DNA of 64,000 nucleotides, from assembly GCA_963842085.1 (NCBI GenBank), contig CAWJET010000001.1, forward strand, positions 2,016,001-2,080,000, in the 5' to 3' direction. A program made the position numbers and the translations under genes. The first letter of the stretch is position 1, and every line of letters begins with the position of its first letter. A model generated the notes under the pieces. The model saw only the letters and a program-made list of their open reading frames with translations. It searched no databases and was not told the origin of the DNA. Positions 35,557-46,010 of the stretch are shown piece after piece. The stretch is from an uncultured delta proteobacterium. Lineage in GTDB: Bacteria; Desulfobacterota; Binatia; Binatales; Binataceae.

Positions 35557-38500
35557 ATTTCCGCGCTCCTCGGAGCGCGGCCACATTGAAGCGACTGGGA
35601 CGCTGGCGATTTCCGCGCTCCTCGGAGCGCGGCCACATTGAAGCGAACACGGCGGCATAGTGCCGTCAGCCGCGGGGGGCAATTTCCGCGCTCCTCGGAG
35701 CGCGGCCACATTGAAGCTGTTGCTTTCGAGGATACCAAATACCGGCAGCGAAATTTCCGCGCTCCTCGGAGCGCGGCCACATTGAAGCCCGTCGCGTCCC
35801 TATTCGAGCGGCTGAACATTCCGAATTTCCGCGCTCCTCGGAGCGCGGCCACATTGAAGCTATCTGCTGCATGACGGGAAGATTCTTGATTTCGCCGAAT
35901 TTCCGCGCTCCTCGGAGCGCGGCCACATTGAAGCCCGACCGGCATCGTCAACACGGGCGGTTGGTACGACGTCATTTCCGCGCTCCTCGGAGCGCGGCCA
36001 CATTGAAGCAAAAACTCGCGTACCTTTTCGATCGGCGTTCCCGCCAACATTTCCGCGCTCCTCGGAGCGCGGCCACATTGAAGCTTCGTCCCTGTGCATC
36101 ATCCAGTCGGGGCTGTATTTCATTTCCGCGCTCCTCGGAGCGCGGCCACATTGAAGCCGATGCCACTGGAACCCGGTAGACGCAGCGCGCCGTATTTCCG
36201 CGCTCCTCGGAGCGCGGCCACATTGAAGCTTTTCCAGCTTCGCGACTGCCGCCAGGTAGGCCTGGTCATTTCCGCGCTCCTCGGAGCGCGGCCACATTGA
36301 AGCGCTACCAGCCAGATTGCCATCGCCGTTTTCCTCCAATTTCCGCGCTCCTCGGAGCGCGGCCACATTGAAGCCTGAAGGCCGTGGCCAAGGGAGAACT
36401 GACGCTGGGCTTATTTCCGCGCTCCTCGGAGCGCGGCCACATTGAAGCCCGCCGACCGATATCTCCACCTGGGGCTGACCCGCATTTCCGCGCTCCTCGG
36501 AGCGCGGCCACATTGAAGCGAACACGAAGCTAAAGGAACTCGACGACAAAATCAATTTCCGCGCTCCTCGGAGCGCGGCCACATTGAAGCAGTATAAACT
36601 CGGCGCCTGGGCGGTCGCGCAACAAATTTCCGCGCTCCTCGGAGCGCGGCCACATTGAAGCAAGGTCATCGGGCCGCAGCAGCAATCCTTGCAATAGAGA
36701 TTTCCGCGCTCCTCGGAGCGCGGCCACATTGAAGCGATCCAGTAACCAGCTTCCTGTGCGGTCGAGACGAGACACATTTCCGCGCTCCTCGGAGCGCGGC
36801 CACATTGAAGCTATATGAACAACGGATCCGTCACCATAACAATTCTGATTTCCGCGCTCCTCGGAGCGCGGCCACATTGAAGCACGCTTCATTGTGAGAG
36901 TCTGATACTTGCTCTGCAAATTTCCGCGCTCCTCGGAGCGCGGCCACATTGAAGCTGAGATCATAGGCGCGACGGCCCAGTGAAATGAAGACATTTCCGC
37001 GCTCCTCGGAGCGCGGCCACATTGAAGCCCTACTCCTTCGAGGACTAGCAGCCTAATGAGGCGCAATTTCCGCGCTCCTCGGAGCGCGGCCACATTGAAG
37101 CGGAACCATGCAGTGTCAGTCCGCGAGGGCAGCAGCGCATTTCCGCGCTCCTCGGAGCGCGGCCACATTGAAGCCACCAAGACCCTTTAACAACCCGAAT
37201 AGCATCCCCCATTTCCGCGCTCCTCGGAGCGCGGCCACATTGAAGCACAATCTCCCATACATAGGATGTAAGAAAATGCTACACAATTTCCGCGCTCCTC
37301 GGAGCGCGGCCACATTGAAGCGGGCATGGGCGCGTCCCCTCATTCTGGTGAATGCAGATTTCCGCGCTCCTCGGAGCGCGGCCACATTGAAGCTTGGGAG
37401 CCAGGTTGGGATACGGGAGCGGCAGCATATTTCCGCGCTCCTCGGAGCGCGGCCACATTGAAGCGAGGAACTCTATGATGTCCTGTTCGCCGGGGAACAC
37501 CGATTTCCGCGCTCCTCGGAGCGCGGCCACATTGAAGCCTTGCTCAGCACGTCCTTCCCGCCGGGCGGCTTTCCATTTCCGCGCTCCTCGGAGCGCGGCC
37601 ACATTGAAGCAGCATCGAACCTCTGGTGTGCATCGCAAAAGATATCATTTCCGCGCTCCTCGGAGCGCGGCCACATTGAAGCCCTGTACATTTCATTGCC
37701 ATTTACGTTGCCTCCCGGATTTCCGCGCTCCTCGGAGCGCGGCCACATTGAAGCCAGGCGCTCAAGCGCATCTTCAGCGCGCGAAATTCGATTTCCGCGC
37801 TCCTCGGAGCGCGGCCACATTGAAGCGACGCCGCTGCGGCCTCAGTCAACCGCTGGCAGGCAGATTTCCGCGCTCCTCGGAGCGCGGCCACATTGAAGCG
37901 GGTCCAGCGTTAGCGGCAGCGACCCGACTGTCCATATTTCCGCGCTCCTCGGAGCGCGGCCACATTGAAGCTTGCTATGCGAGCTCGCTCACCTGGGGTA
38001 AGCGCGGATTTCCGCGCTCCTCGGAGCGCGGCCACATTGAAGCGACCGTATATCCGCGGTTCCGGCTCTCCCGCTCCGCATTTCCGCGCTCCTCGGAGCG
38101 CGGCCACATTGAAGCTTAGTCACCGTCACCGTGTTAGTATTCGATACGGTATTTCCGCGCTCCTCGGAGCGCGGCCACATTGAAGCAGTATCGTCAGGGC
38201 GCAAGACCAGCGGTTTGATCTTATTTCCGCGCTCCTCGGAGCGCGGCCACATTGAAGCACGACGACCGGCGGGATGCTCTCGCCTTTGACGGACATTTCC
38301 GCGCTCCTCGGAGCGCGGCCACATTGAAGCATGAAAAATGTTTGAACCAGCCCGACCGCATCCCCATATTTCCGCGCTCCTCGGAGCGCGGCCACATTGA
38401 AGCGATCTGATCATGGCGTGCGAGACTGCCGAGGCCGGCCATTTCCGCGCTCCTCGGAGCGCGGCCACATTGAAGCTTGACTAAAGCTTCTGGCGCCAGC

Positions 38501-41479
38501 ACTTCGGCAACGTTATTTCCGCGCTCCTCGGAGCGCGGCCACATTGAAGCCAGAATCCGGCACTCGTGCGCCTTTTGTAGACACAAATTTCCGCGCTCCT
38601 CGGAGCGCGGCCACATTGAAGCCGTTGCCCACGGCGCGCTAAAAGGCCGTTAGACCTGCATTTCCGCGCTCCTCGGAGCGCGGCCACATTGAAGCGCGCG
38701 CCATTCCGCGATCAGCTTGTCGATAAAGTCGGATTTCCGCGCTCCTCGGAGCGCGGCCACATTGAAGCTCGGATGCGGCATCGGTGCTCACCTCCTTGCG
38801 CACTATTTCCGCGCTCCTCGGAGCGCGGCCACATTGAAGCCCGCAGCCGCATGGCATCGATCTCCAAAACTTCGCAGATTTCCGCGCTCCTCGGAGCGCG
38901 GCCACATTGAAGCAAGACCCTCGGGATCCTGAACCGCCGCCGGCACGATAATTTCCGCGCTCCTCGGAGCGCGGCCACATTGAAGCTGGATCTCGAGCCG
39001 ATGCGGCGCGGCGGGCTGCGGGATATTTCCGCGCTCCTCGGAGCGCGGCCACATTGAAGCTACTTAGAGCGGCGTGGGCCGAAGGTGCGTAACAAATTTC
39101 CGCGCTCCTCGGAGCGCGGCCACATTGAAGCCGCAGCGTCCAGGATCTCCTCTACGCGTTCTTCGGTGATTTCCGCGCTCCTCGGAGCGCGGCCACATTG
39201 AAGCGGCGGCGTGGCCGAGATGCGTTTCGGGCGTGACGTTGCGATTTCCGCGCTCCTCGGAGCGCGGCCACATTGAAGCGAGAGTCGTTCCCCCAATTCC
39301 TTGAGGTCTTCCCGCGATTTCCGCGCTCCTCGGAGCGCGGCCACATTGAAGCGGTTCCATCCGCTGGTGACCCAAGGCATGCGCCTGCTGATTTCCGCGC
39401 TCCTCGGAGCGCGGCCACATTGAAGCCGCACCTACGGTGTCTCGCCGCCGGTGCAGTACGTCTCATTTCCGCGCTCCTCGGAGCGCGGCCACATTGAAGC
39501 GGCCTCGACACAATCATCACCCGCGCCTATCTGCGATTTCCGCGCTCCTCGGAGCGCGGCCACATTGAAGCTGGATGAGAAACTGCGGACCTTCCATTAC
39601 CGTCTTCTCTGATTTCCGCGCTCCTCGGAGCGCGGCCACATTGAAGCGGGAATGCGAGAGTTGACCGAGCAGGAACGGGGACTCGGATTTCCGCGCTCCT
39701 CGGAGCGCGGCCACATTGAAGCTCATCGCCGCGCGCAACTCCAGCCCTTCGAGCAACGCATTTCCGCGCTCCTCGGAGCGCGGCCACATTGAAGCATAAC
39801 CATGCCGCGCTGCAAGGTCTGCGGCTTTCTTTTCATTTCCGCGCTCCTCGGAGCGCGGCCACATTGAAGCTATATTGCCTATGCCTTGCGACGTTGCGCA
39901 ATACTTTATTTCCGCGCTCCTCGGAGCGCGGCCACATTGAAGCTATATTGCCTATGCCTTGCGACGTTGCGCAATACTTTATTTCCGCGCTCCTCGGAGC
40001 GCGGCCACATTGAAGCAGTCAAGACCCCAATAACCCGTTGTTGTGTTTGCGTATTTCCGCGCTCCTCGGAGCGCGGCCACATTGAAGCCCAGGACACCAG
40101 CTCACCTGGTCCGTCGCTCCTGGCGGCATTTCCGCGCTCCTCGGAGCGCGGCCACATTGAAGCGAAGCTCGCCGGGCTCGGCCAGCCGTCGGCCATCGGC
40201 TGATTTCCGCGCTCCTCGGAGCGCGGCCACATTGAAGCCAGGCGACCGCCTACAACCCGCAGGGTACGGGGTATATGTATTTCCGCGCTCCTCGGAGCGC
40301 GGCCACATTGAAGCAGCTTCAACCCCGGCGCGCTGCTCCCAACGGCGCCGAATTTCCGCGCTCCTCGGAGCGCGGCCACATTGAAGCCGCAGGAAGCTCC
40401 GCGCTCTCGGACGGTACAAAATGCTGTATTTCCGCGCTCCTCGGAGCGCGGCCACATTGAAGCCAAAAATTGAAGTGGTATTACTTCCTAAAGGTTGATT
40501 AATTTCCGCGCTCCTCGGAGCGCGGCCACATTGAAGCGTGGATCGCGCGGACGAACTCGGTGGTCGAACCAAATTTCCGCGCTCCTCGGAGCGCGGCCAC
40601 ATTGAAGCCGATCGCAACGTTGAGGCTCTTAAGCAGGATGACTCATTTCCGCGCTCCTCGGAGCGCGGCCACATTGAAGCTGGCGATCCGCGCGGAAGCG
40701 CAGCGGCTCGGAATCAATTTCCGCGCTCCTCGGAGCGCGGCCACATTGAAGCTTATTTGATGATGGCGTAACGCTTTGGTCGCTTGGAAAATTTCCGCGC
40801 TCCTCGGAGCGCGGCCACATTGAAGCCAGACGGCGCACGCGAAGAACATGGCCGCACGGCTATTTCCGCGCTCCTCGGAGCGCGGCCACATTGAAGCAAA
40901 CCGCGGCACCTGCTTTGAGGGACTTAGAGGCAAATTTCCGCGCTCCTCGGAGCGCGGCCACATTGAAGCTAGACCACCGCGACGACATTGGTGCCGTCGC
41001 ATCGGAGTATTTCCGCGCTCCTCGGAGCGCGGCCACATTGAAGCGGGAATTCCATCCTTTCCTCGTTTCGGTATGGCGACATTTCCGCGCTCCTCGGAGC
41101 GCGGCCACATTGAAGCGCGAGCGAGCACTTTAAGAGCGCGGTCGCGGTCAGAATTTCCGCGCTCCTCGGAGCGCGGCCACATTGAAGCGAGGATCGCGGG
41201 GCGATGCTTGTTGGGCAATCCCGCATATTTCCGCGCTCCTCGGAGCGCGGCCACATTGAAGCCACAGTTCATCGGCCAACCACCATCACGGAGCCGCATT
41301 TCCGCGCTCCTCGGAGCGCGGCCACATTGAAGCCAGACCCAGATCGCCGACGGGATGCAGTCGCTCACTGAAATTTCCGCGCTCCTCGGAGCGCGGCCAC
41401 ATTGAAGCTATTAGGGGAGGAACTATGGCATCAGCACTCGGAAATTTCCGCGCTCCTCGGAGCGCGGCCACGTTGAAGC
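35557..41479 (+). CRISPR. CRISPR array, 82 repeats / 81 spacers (manual count)
   Basis: 36-bp repeat ATTTCCGCGCTCCTCGGAGCGCGGCCACATTGAAGC with CCGCGCTCC/GGAGCGCGG hairpin and ATTGAAGC 3' handle. Spacers mostly 35-40 nt. The terminal repeat has one A>G change. Confidence 0.99.
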
Positions 41480-41504
41480 CGATGCGCTCTTGCTGCCCCC
41501 GATG

Positions 41505-41819
41505 CTACTCCAGATCCGGACGAGGTCCTTTCGTGGTTTTTCTCGCGTTCGTGATCTTGGCGGGGTCGATGTCAACCCAACCCCCTGCTCTGGCAGCTTC
41601 CAGCTCCTTAAGCGCCCTGGCAACGAGTGCCTCCGCGCCGTCGCGGCGATTGTGCTTGATAACGTAGGAGAGTGCGACTATCTCACCGTCCCGAACCAGC
41701 CGACAAGCATAGTCGGAAATCAGACTCAGGCCGGTGATGTTGGCTATCTCAGCGATGGAGATCGGATATTTCCATGTTTCCTCTCCGTTCGGGACGAGTT
41801 CTATGATGACACGCAACAT
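41505..41819 (-). CDS. Hypothetical protein (104 aa)
   Basis: ORF with AGGA RBS, co-oriented downstream of the nuclease gene. Confidence 0.6.
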   Translation of the reverse strand: MLRVIIELVPNGEETWKYPISIAEIANITGLSLISDYACRLVRDGEIVALSYVIKHNRRDGAEALVARALKELEAARAGGWVDIDPAKITNARKTTKGPRPDLE

Positions 41820-41851
41820 CGATCGTCCGTCCTGATTTTAGGGATCAGAAG

Positions 41852-42265
41852 TCAGAGTTTGCCTTCATTCGCCAGAGCAACAAAGGCTTCCAGCGAAAGC
41901 ACCGTCACCGCCTCGGTGCCGACAAGGTGCTTCTGGATCTTCTCGACGTAATATTCCCTGAGCGTCCAGCCGGGTCCGCCAAGGACCACGTAGCCGCGTT
42001 TGTAGCTCGGAGCCTCCCTGATGGCTTCGGCGAGGCAAATGATCTCGAAAGGCACCTTCTGTTCGGCAGTGCCCGAACTCTGCTGCCACTTCATCGAGAT
42101 TAGGAACTCTTCGCCCGCTTTTTCGGCGGCCAGATCCACTTTGTGCCGTCCGCCGCCCGGACGCGAACCGACAAGCACCTGCTTGCGATATGAGTAGCCG
42201 CCACGTTTCAGAGCGGGCAGGACCATGCTCTCAAGGACGGCTCCAGTATTTGTGTTCCGCCCCAC
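41852..42265 (-). CDS. PD-(D/E)XK nuclease, putative restriction endonuclease
   Basis: HKVDL...ISMKWQQSSGTAEQKVPFE; starts 3 bp after the methylase. Confidence 0.75.
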   Translation of the reverse strand: MGRNTNTGAVLESMVLPALKRGGYSYRKQVLVGSRPGGGRHKVDLAAEKAGEEFLISMKWQQSSGTAEQKVPFEIICLAEAIREAPSYKRGYVVLGGPGWTLREYYVEKIQKHLVGTEAVTVLSLEAFVALANEGKL

Positions 42266-42268
42266 CCT

Positions 42269-43087
42269 TTAATCGAGACCGCGGGTCGCGAGGACTTCCT
42301 TGGCGGGCGATCGGTCTCCGGTGCAGTTGATCATGCGCGGCGCATCAACCAGAAACAGCGTAAACCCGAGTTTCTTGTACAGTCGAAGAATCCGATCCGT
42401 GGCTTGATTTGACAGGACCGTCGGGCCCCGATGCTTTGCCAACCATTCCCCCAACCGAACTTGGTCGTCCCAGCTGAACCCTTCTTTTGAGTAGGACCGG
42501 AACTCCACGTCATACGGCGGGTCGGCGTAAACGAAGTCGCCGACCTCGACCGGGACCTGCTCGAAGTCGCCGATCGAGAATTCCCACTCACTCAAAATGC
42601 GACGATAGTCCCTGAAATCGCGCTTGTAGTTGATCCGTTTGTATCGGCCAAACGGGACGTTGAACTGTCCGCTTGAATTGAAGCGGCAAAGGCCGTTGTA
42701 GCAGGTGCGGTTCAGATAGTAGAAGAGTGCAGCCGCCTCCGCCGTTTCGGCTCCGCCATCCGAGATCAATTCGTTGAACCGCGCTCGATGCGCGTAATAG
42801 AGGGTCTCGCTGTTGGCAAATCGCAACCGGTCATCGACTCTAAGACCACGCTTGAGCCATGAATAAAAATGAACTGCGTGCGGGTTGATGTCGTTCAACA
42901 GCGCGTGCTTCGGGCGCAGGCTGAGGGTGACGGCGAGCCCACCGCAGAACGGCTCAACCAGGCGCCGGCTTTCGTGCAATTTCCACAATTCGGCAAGATG
43001 CGGAACAAGCCACCGTTTTCCGCCGGCCCACTTGAGAGGAGGTCGAACTGGTACTACCTGCACCTGAAGAACCGCAACCGCCGCCAT
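42269..43087 (-). CDS. Dam/D12-family DNA adenine methyltransferase
   Basis: LKWAGGK, EPFCGG, NDIN, YNGLCRFNSSGQFNVPFG, DPPY. Confidence 0.93.
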   Translation of the reverse strand: MAAVAVLQVQVVPVRPPLKWAGGKRWLVPHLAELWKLHESRRLVEPFCGGLAVTLSLRPKHALLNDINPHAVHFYSWLKRGLRVDDRLRFANSETLYYAHRARFNELISDGGAETAEAAALFYYLNRTCYNGLCRFNSSGQFNVPFGRYKRINYKRDFRDYRRILSEWEFSIGDFEQVPVEVGDFVYADPPYDVEFRSYSKEGFSWDDQVRLGEWLAKHRGPTVLSNQATDRILRLYKKLGFTLFLVDAPRMINCTGDRSPAKEVLATRGLD

Positions 43088-43344
43088 CGCGCTTTCACCT
43101 TTACTCGATGGCGTGGCCGGAGGCGAGAGCGGACATCTGGTTTTCCTGAGATGCGCACTTTGGTTGTAGACAGGTCCGCTTGAAATCTTAAACCTTCTCC
43201 CGAAGAGCGGCTTCGTCGATCGAAGCGTGAAGCCGCGCTGCTGCGTTTCGCAAAATCCGCCATTTCACGTCACGTGGAACAAATCTTTCTGTGAAACGCT
43301 TTTGGAACGTGACTTAGCCGTCGAACGGGGGGAAAAAAAGTGCT

Positions 43345-43388
43345 TTGATGTCATGAAAAAGTCAAGTATAATTTGACTTATGCATGAC
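43345..43388 (+). promoter_or_regulatory. abiE promoter with autoregulatory inverted repeat
   Basis: TTGATG, 16 bp spacer, TATAAT (43367-43372), nested in the GTCATG..AAGTCAA / TTGACTT..CATGAC palindrome. ATG is 7 nt after the -10 box, so the mRNA is probably leaderless. Confidence 0.65.
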
Positions 43389-44003
43389 ACAGACTCGCGC
43401 CGCAACTCACCTCTGCGCGCACGCCTTTTTGAAATTGCCTCCGAACAGGGCGGATACTTCACCGCGCCTCAGGCGCGGACATGCGGCTACAGCAGAGCGC
43501 TGCTTGCTCATCATGCCAAGTCGGGCCGTCTCATTCGAGTCCGTCAGGGGCTTTATCGCTTTCGAGAGTACCCGAGTTCCCCTCGGGAAGACGTGATCGC
43601 CGCATGGCTTGCGGCCGGCAGAGAGACGGCCGTGGTATCCCATGAGAGCGCGCTGGACATTCTGGGTCTTTCCGACGTGGTACCAGACATTGTCCATCTT
43701 ACGGTCCCGAGATCAAAGCGCTACCGTACTGCCACTGTCGGCGCAGCGGTCCACACGACGACTCGGCGGATTGGCAAATCAGACGTGGTCGTACGCGAAG
43801 GAATCCGAGTAACAGGGCCTGTGCGGTCTATCGTGGATTCTGCCGAAGCCGGGACCGCCCCAGAACAGATAATGGCTGCTGTAGGTCAAGCACTGGATCG
43901 GGGCATTGCAACACGGTCAAAACTCCTCGGTGCGGCGAGGGCGCGCGGCGGCAGAGTCGAGCGCCTTGTTCGACAGGCTCTCGAGGAGCGTCGGCAAACA
44001 TGA
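43380..44003 (+). CDS. AbiEi-family type IV antitoxin
   Basis: ASEQGGYFT, LIRVRQGLY, VVSHESAL, GIRVTGPVRSIVD. Confidence 0.88.
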   Translation: MHDTDSRRNSPLRARLFEIASEQGGYFTAPQARTCGYSRALLAHHAKSGRLIRVRQGLYRFREYPSSPREDVIAAWLAAGRETAVVSHESALDILGLSDVVPDIVHLTVPRSKRYRTATVGAAVHTTTRRIGKSDVVVREGIRVTGPVRSIVDSAEAGTAPEQIMAAVGQALDRGIATRSKLLGAARARGGRVERLVRQALEERRQT

Positions 44004-44881
44004 AGTACAAAAGCGGTGCTGCGTTTCGTCAGGCGCTGGAACAGCGTCTGCTCGGCCGTTCGCGAGAGACCGGCACTTCTCTCGTTCGCCTGCGCAAAGG
44101 GGTTGTCTTCGATCGCCTTCTGGCGCGCCTTACGGTCGCTGCTCGAGGACGGTGGGTCCTCAAGGGCGCCCTCGCTCTGGACTTCCGACTCGGAGGGCGA
44201 ACGCGGACGACAAAAGACATGGACCTGATTCGCAACGATAGCGAAGAGGCAGCTACCGCTGACCTGATAGCCGCTCAAGCTGTCGAACTCGGTGACTTCG
44301 TCACCTTCGATATCGAGAAGGTGGGCGCGCCTGGCGAAGAGCTCGAAGGCGCTGCAATGAGATACCGCGTAAGAGCGGAACTGGGCGGCAGGCGCTTCGA
44401 GGATGTAATCGTCGATATCGCTTTCTCTGATCCGCTGAAATGGGCGCCCGAGAAAATCGCCGGTACAGATCTTCTGGAATTCGCCGGAATCGAACCGATC
44501 GAGGTTCCGGTCCTACCGCTCGAACAACACATCGCAGAAAAAGTTCACGCCTACACGAGAATTTACTCAAGCGGTCGCACAAGTAGTCGAGCCAAGGATC
44601 TGGTGGATATCGTCCTCGTGAAGCAATTCATGGTGCTGGATGCCGCTCGCCTTCGCACTGCGCTCGTGGGAGTCTTCGAGGGAAGGCGTCAGCATGGTCT
44701 TCCGGATCGGTTCCCGCCACCGCCACCCGAATGGGCGGTCCCGTACCGGAAGCTGGCCAACGAAGTTGGTCTCGATCCGGACCTGCGTCAGGGCCATGCG
44801 CAAGCTGCGGCGCTGCTCGATCCCGTTCTGGCCGGTCGAGCCGCGGGCCACTGGGATCCGGAGCGGGGTTCATGGACGTGA
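44000..44881 (+). CDS. AbiEii/AbiGii nucleotidyltransferase toxin
   Basis: WVLKGALAL...RTTKDMDL, IAEKVHA, RAKDLVD. Confidence 0.9.
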   Translation: MKYKSGAAFRQALEQRLLGRSRETGTSLVRLRKGVVFDRLLARLTVAARGRWVLKGALALDFRLGGRTRTTKDMDLIRNDSEEAATADLIAAQAVELGDFVTFDIEKVGAPGEELEGAAMRYRVRAELGGRRFEDVIVDIAFSDPLKWAPEKIAGTDLLEFAGIEPIEVPVLPLEQHIAEKVHAYTRIYSSGRTSSRAKDLVDIVLVKQFMVLDAARLRTALVGVFEGRRQHGLPDRFPPPPPEWAVPYRKLANEVGLDPDLRQGHAQAAALLDPVLAGRAAGHWDPERGSWT

Positions 44882-44901
44882 CGCGTGGGCATCTGATTTA
44901 C

Positions 44902-44941
44902 TGTGCCCAATTTTGTGCCCGGTGTGCCCGATTCTGTGCCC
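44902..44941 (+). repeat. Probable integrase arm-type sites (TGTGCCC x4; x2 at 16911-16929)
   Basis: TGTGCCCAATTTTGTGCCC is present inside both ends of the element. Confidence 0.7.
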
Positions 44942-45087
44942 CAACCGGAGATCAATCGAAAGTACTCGGTAACTGAGGGTCGCACTTCAGTCGTGCGCAG
45001 AAAACCCTTCTGCCACAGCGCTTTTACTGCTCTCTAGCGCTACCGAGCGATACCAGACTATTCTGGCGTTTGAGCACGGTTGCACAA

Positions 45088-45144
45088 CTCACATGCAAGA
45101 GGTCCCTGGTTCGAGTCCAGGTGCGTCCACCAATTAATTCAACT
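45088..45144 (+). repeat. att core, distal copy (3' half of tRNA-Val)
   Basis: Identical to 16819-16875. Confidence 0.95.
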
Positions 45145-45258
45145 TGTTACGAAGCTCTGGTTTGGCGACGGCGGCGGATTGCAGTACGTTGGAGCAGGCG
45201 ATGTTGTGAAATCGCCAATCGTCGACGTATTTTTGCATGGCTGATGCGAGGTCAGGAA

Positions 45259-45507
45259 ATGTTTGAAGACGAAACCATAGACATTGCGTGCCCGAAGTGC
45301 GGCTTCAAGAACTCGGTCCTCGTGCGGGAATTCGAACGGGCCAGTGAGATTCATATCGTCTGCCAGGGCTGCCAAGTTGGTGTGAAAGTAGAGGCCGCGG
45401 AGTTTCAGCATCGGCTCAATGAGATCAACGACGAGGTCGAGACGATGGAGGTCCAGGCCCGGCAAGCGAAGAGCCCCAAGCCACGCAAAGGTGATTTTCA
45501 GATCTGA
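45259..45507 (+). CDS. Small Zn-ribbon protein
   Basis: CPKCG and CQGC pairs; AGGA RBS. Confidence 0.6.
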   Translation: MFEDETIDIACPKCGFKNSVLVREFERASEIHIVCQGCQVGVKVEAAEFQHRLNEINDEVETMEVQARQAKSPKPRKGDFQI

Positions 45508-45653
45508 AGCCTCAGTAGCCTCGCTCTCAATCAAGATCGGTCGCGAAAAATCGGCGCCCGCGCTCCGCCGCTGCGAGCCGTTTCTTCCCGCCACCGCCGA
45601 AAAGATACGCTGTTGTGACAAGTGATTCCGGTGTGGCATCAATAAGACTCACC

Positions 45654-45983
45654 ATGGGATCGCTCAAGAAGTTCTTGCGCCTGAGCGTCAGCCTGATCGC
45701 GGCGACAATTCTACTCTCGCAGTTCGCCAGCGCGCCGGCCGCTGCCGACATGGACGGCGTGATGATGAGCGGCGGAAAAATGATGATGATGAAAGCGGGT
45801 CAGCCGGCGATGGCGATGGACCACGAAGTCACGATGTCGGACGGCACCATCGTCAGCGTCGACGGCACCGTCAAGCCGAAGAACGGCCCGGAATTTCATC
45901 TGCAAAACGGTGAAATGATTATGATGGACGGGCATCTAATGAAAGGCGGCAAGGCGACCCCGATGAGCCATCAGGAACTTTGA
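45654..45983 (+). CDS. Secreted methionine-rich protein (DUF6799-like)
   Basis: Signal peptide, then DGVMMSGGKMMMMK...MSDGTIVSVDG...EMIMMDG. Confidence 0.7.
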   Translation: MGSLKKFLRLSVSLIAATILLSQFASAPAAADMDGVMMSGGKMMMMKAGQPAMAMDHEVTMSDGTIVSVDGTVKPKNGPEFHLQNGEMIMMDGHLMKGGKATPMSHQEL

Positions 45984-46010
45984 AGATCGCGGAACGGTTG
46001 AATACTCACG

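Larger units (their letters stand above)
16819..45144. mobile_element. Integrative mobilizable element / defence island at tRNA-Val
   Basis: Identical 57-bp direct repeats at both ends; integrase adjacent to the tRNA; MOBF relaxase and coupling protein inside. Confidence 0.93.

Noticed and set aside
36230-36267. Spacer 10 shares CCAGGTAGGCCTGGT with pcnB (1065-1079), suggesting self-targeting
   Set aside because: Only 15 nt, at the PAM-distal end, with no seed match; plausible by chance in GC-rich DNA.
35333-41667. Dozens of ORFs with repeating FRAPRSAATLK / MWPRSEERGN / LQCGRAPRSAE peptides
   Set aside because: These are translations of the CRISPR repeat, which lacks stops in most frames; they are not genes.
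45088-45132. Second tRNA gene
   Set aside because: Only the 3' half from the anticodon loop onward is present; it is the att duplication.
16819-45144. CRISPR-associated transposon (CAST) interpretation
   Set aside because: No TnsA/B/C or TniQ genes; Cas3 has intact helicase and HD motifs; integration is explained by a tyrosine integrase and tRNA att site.
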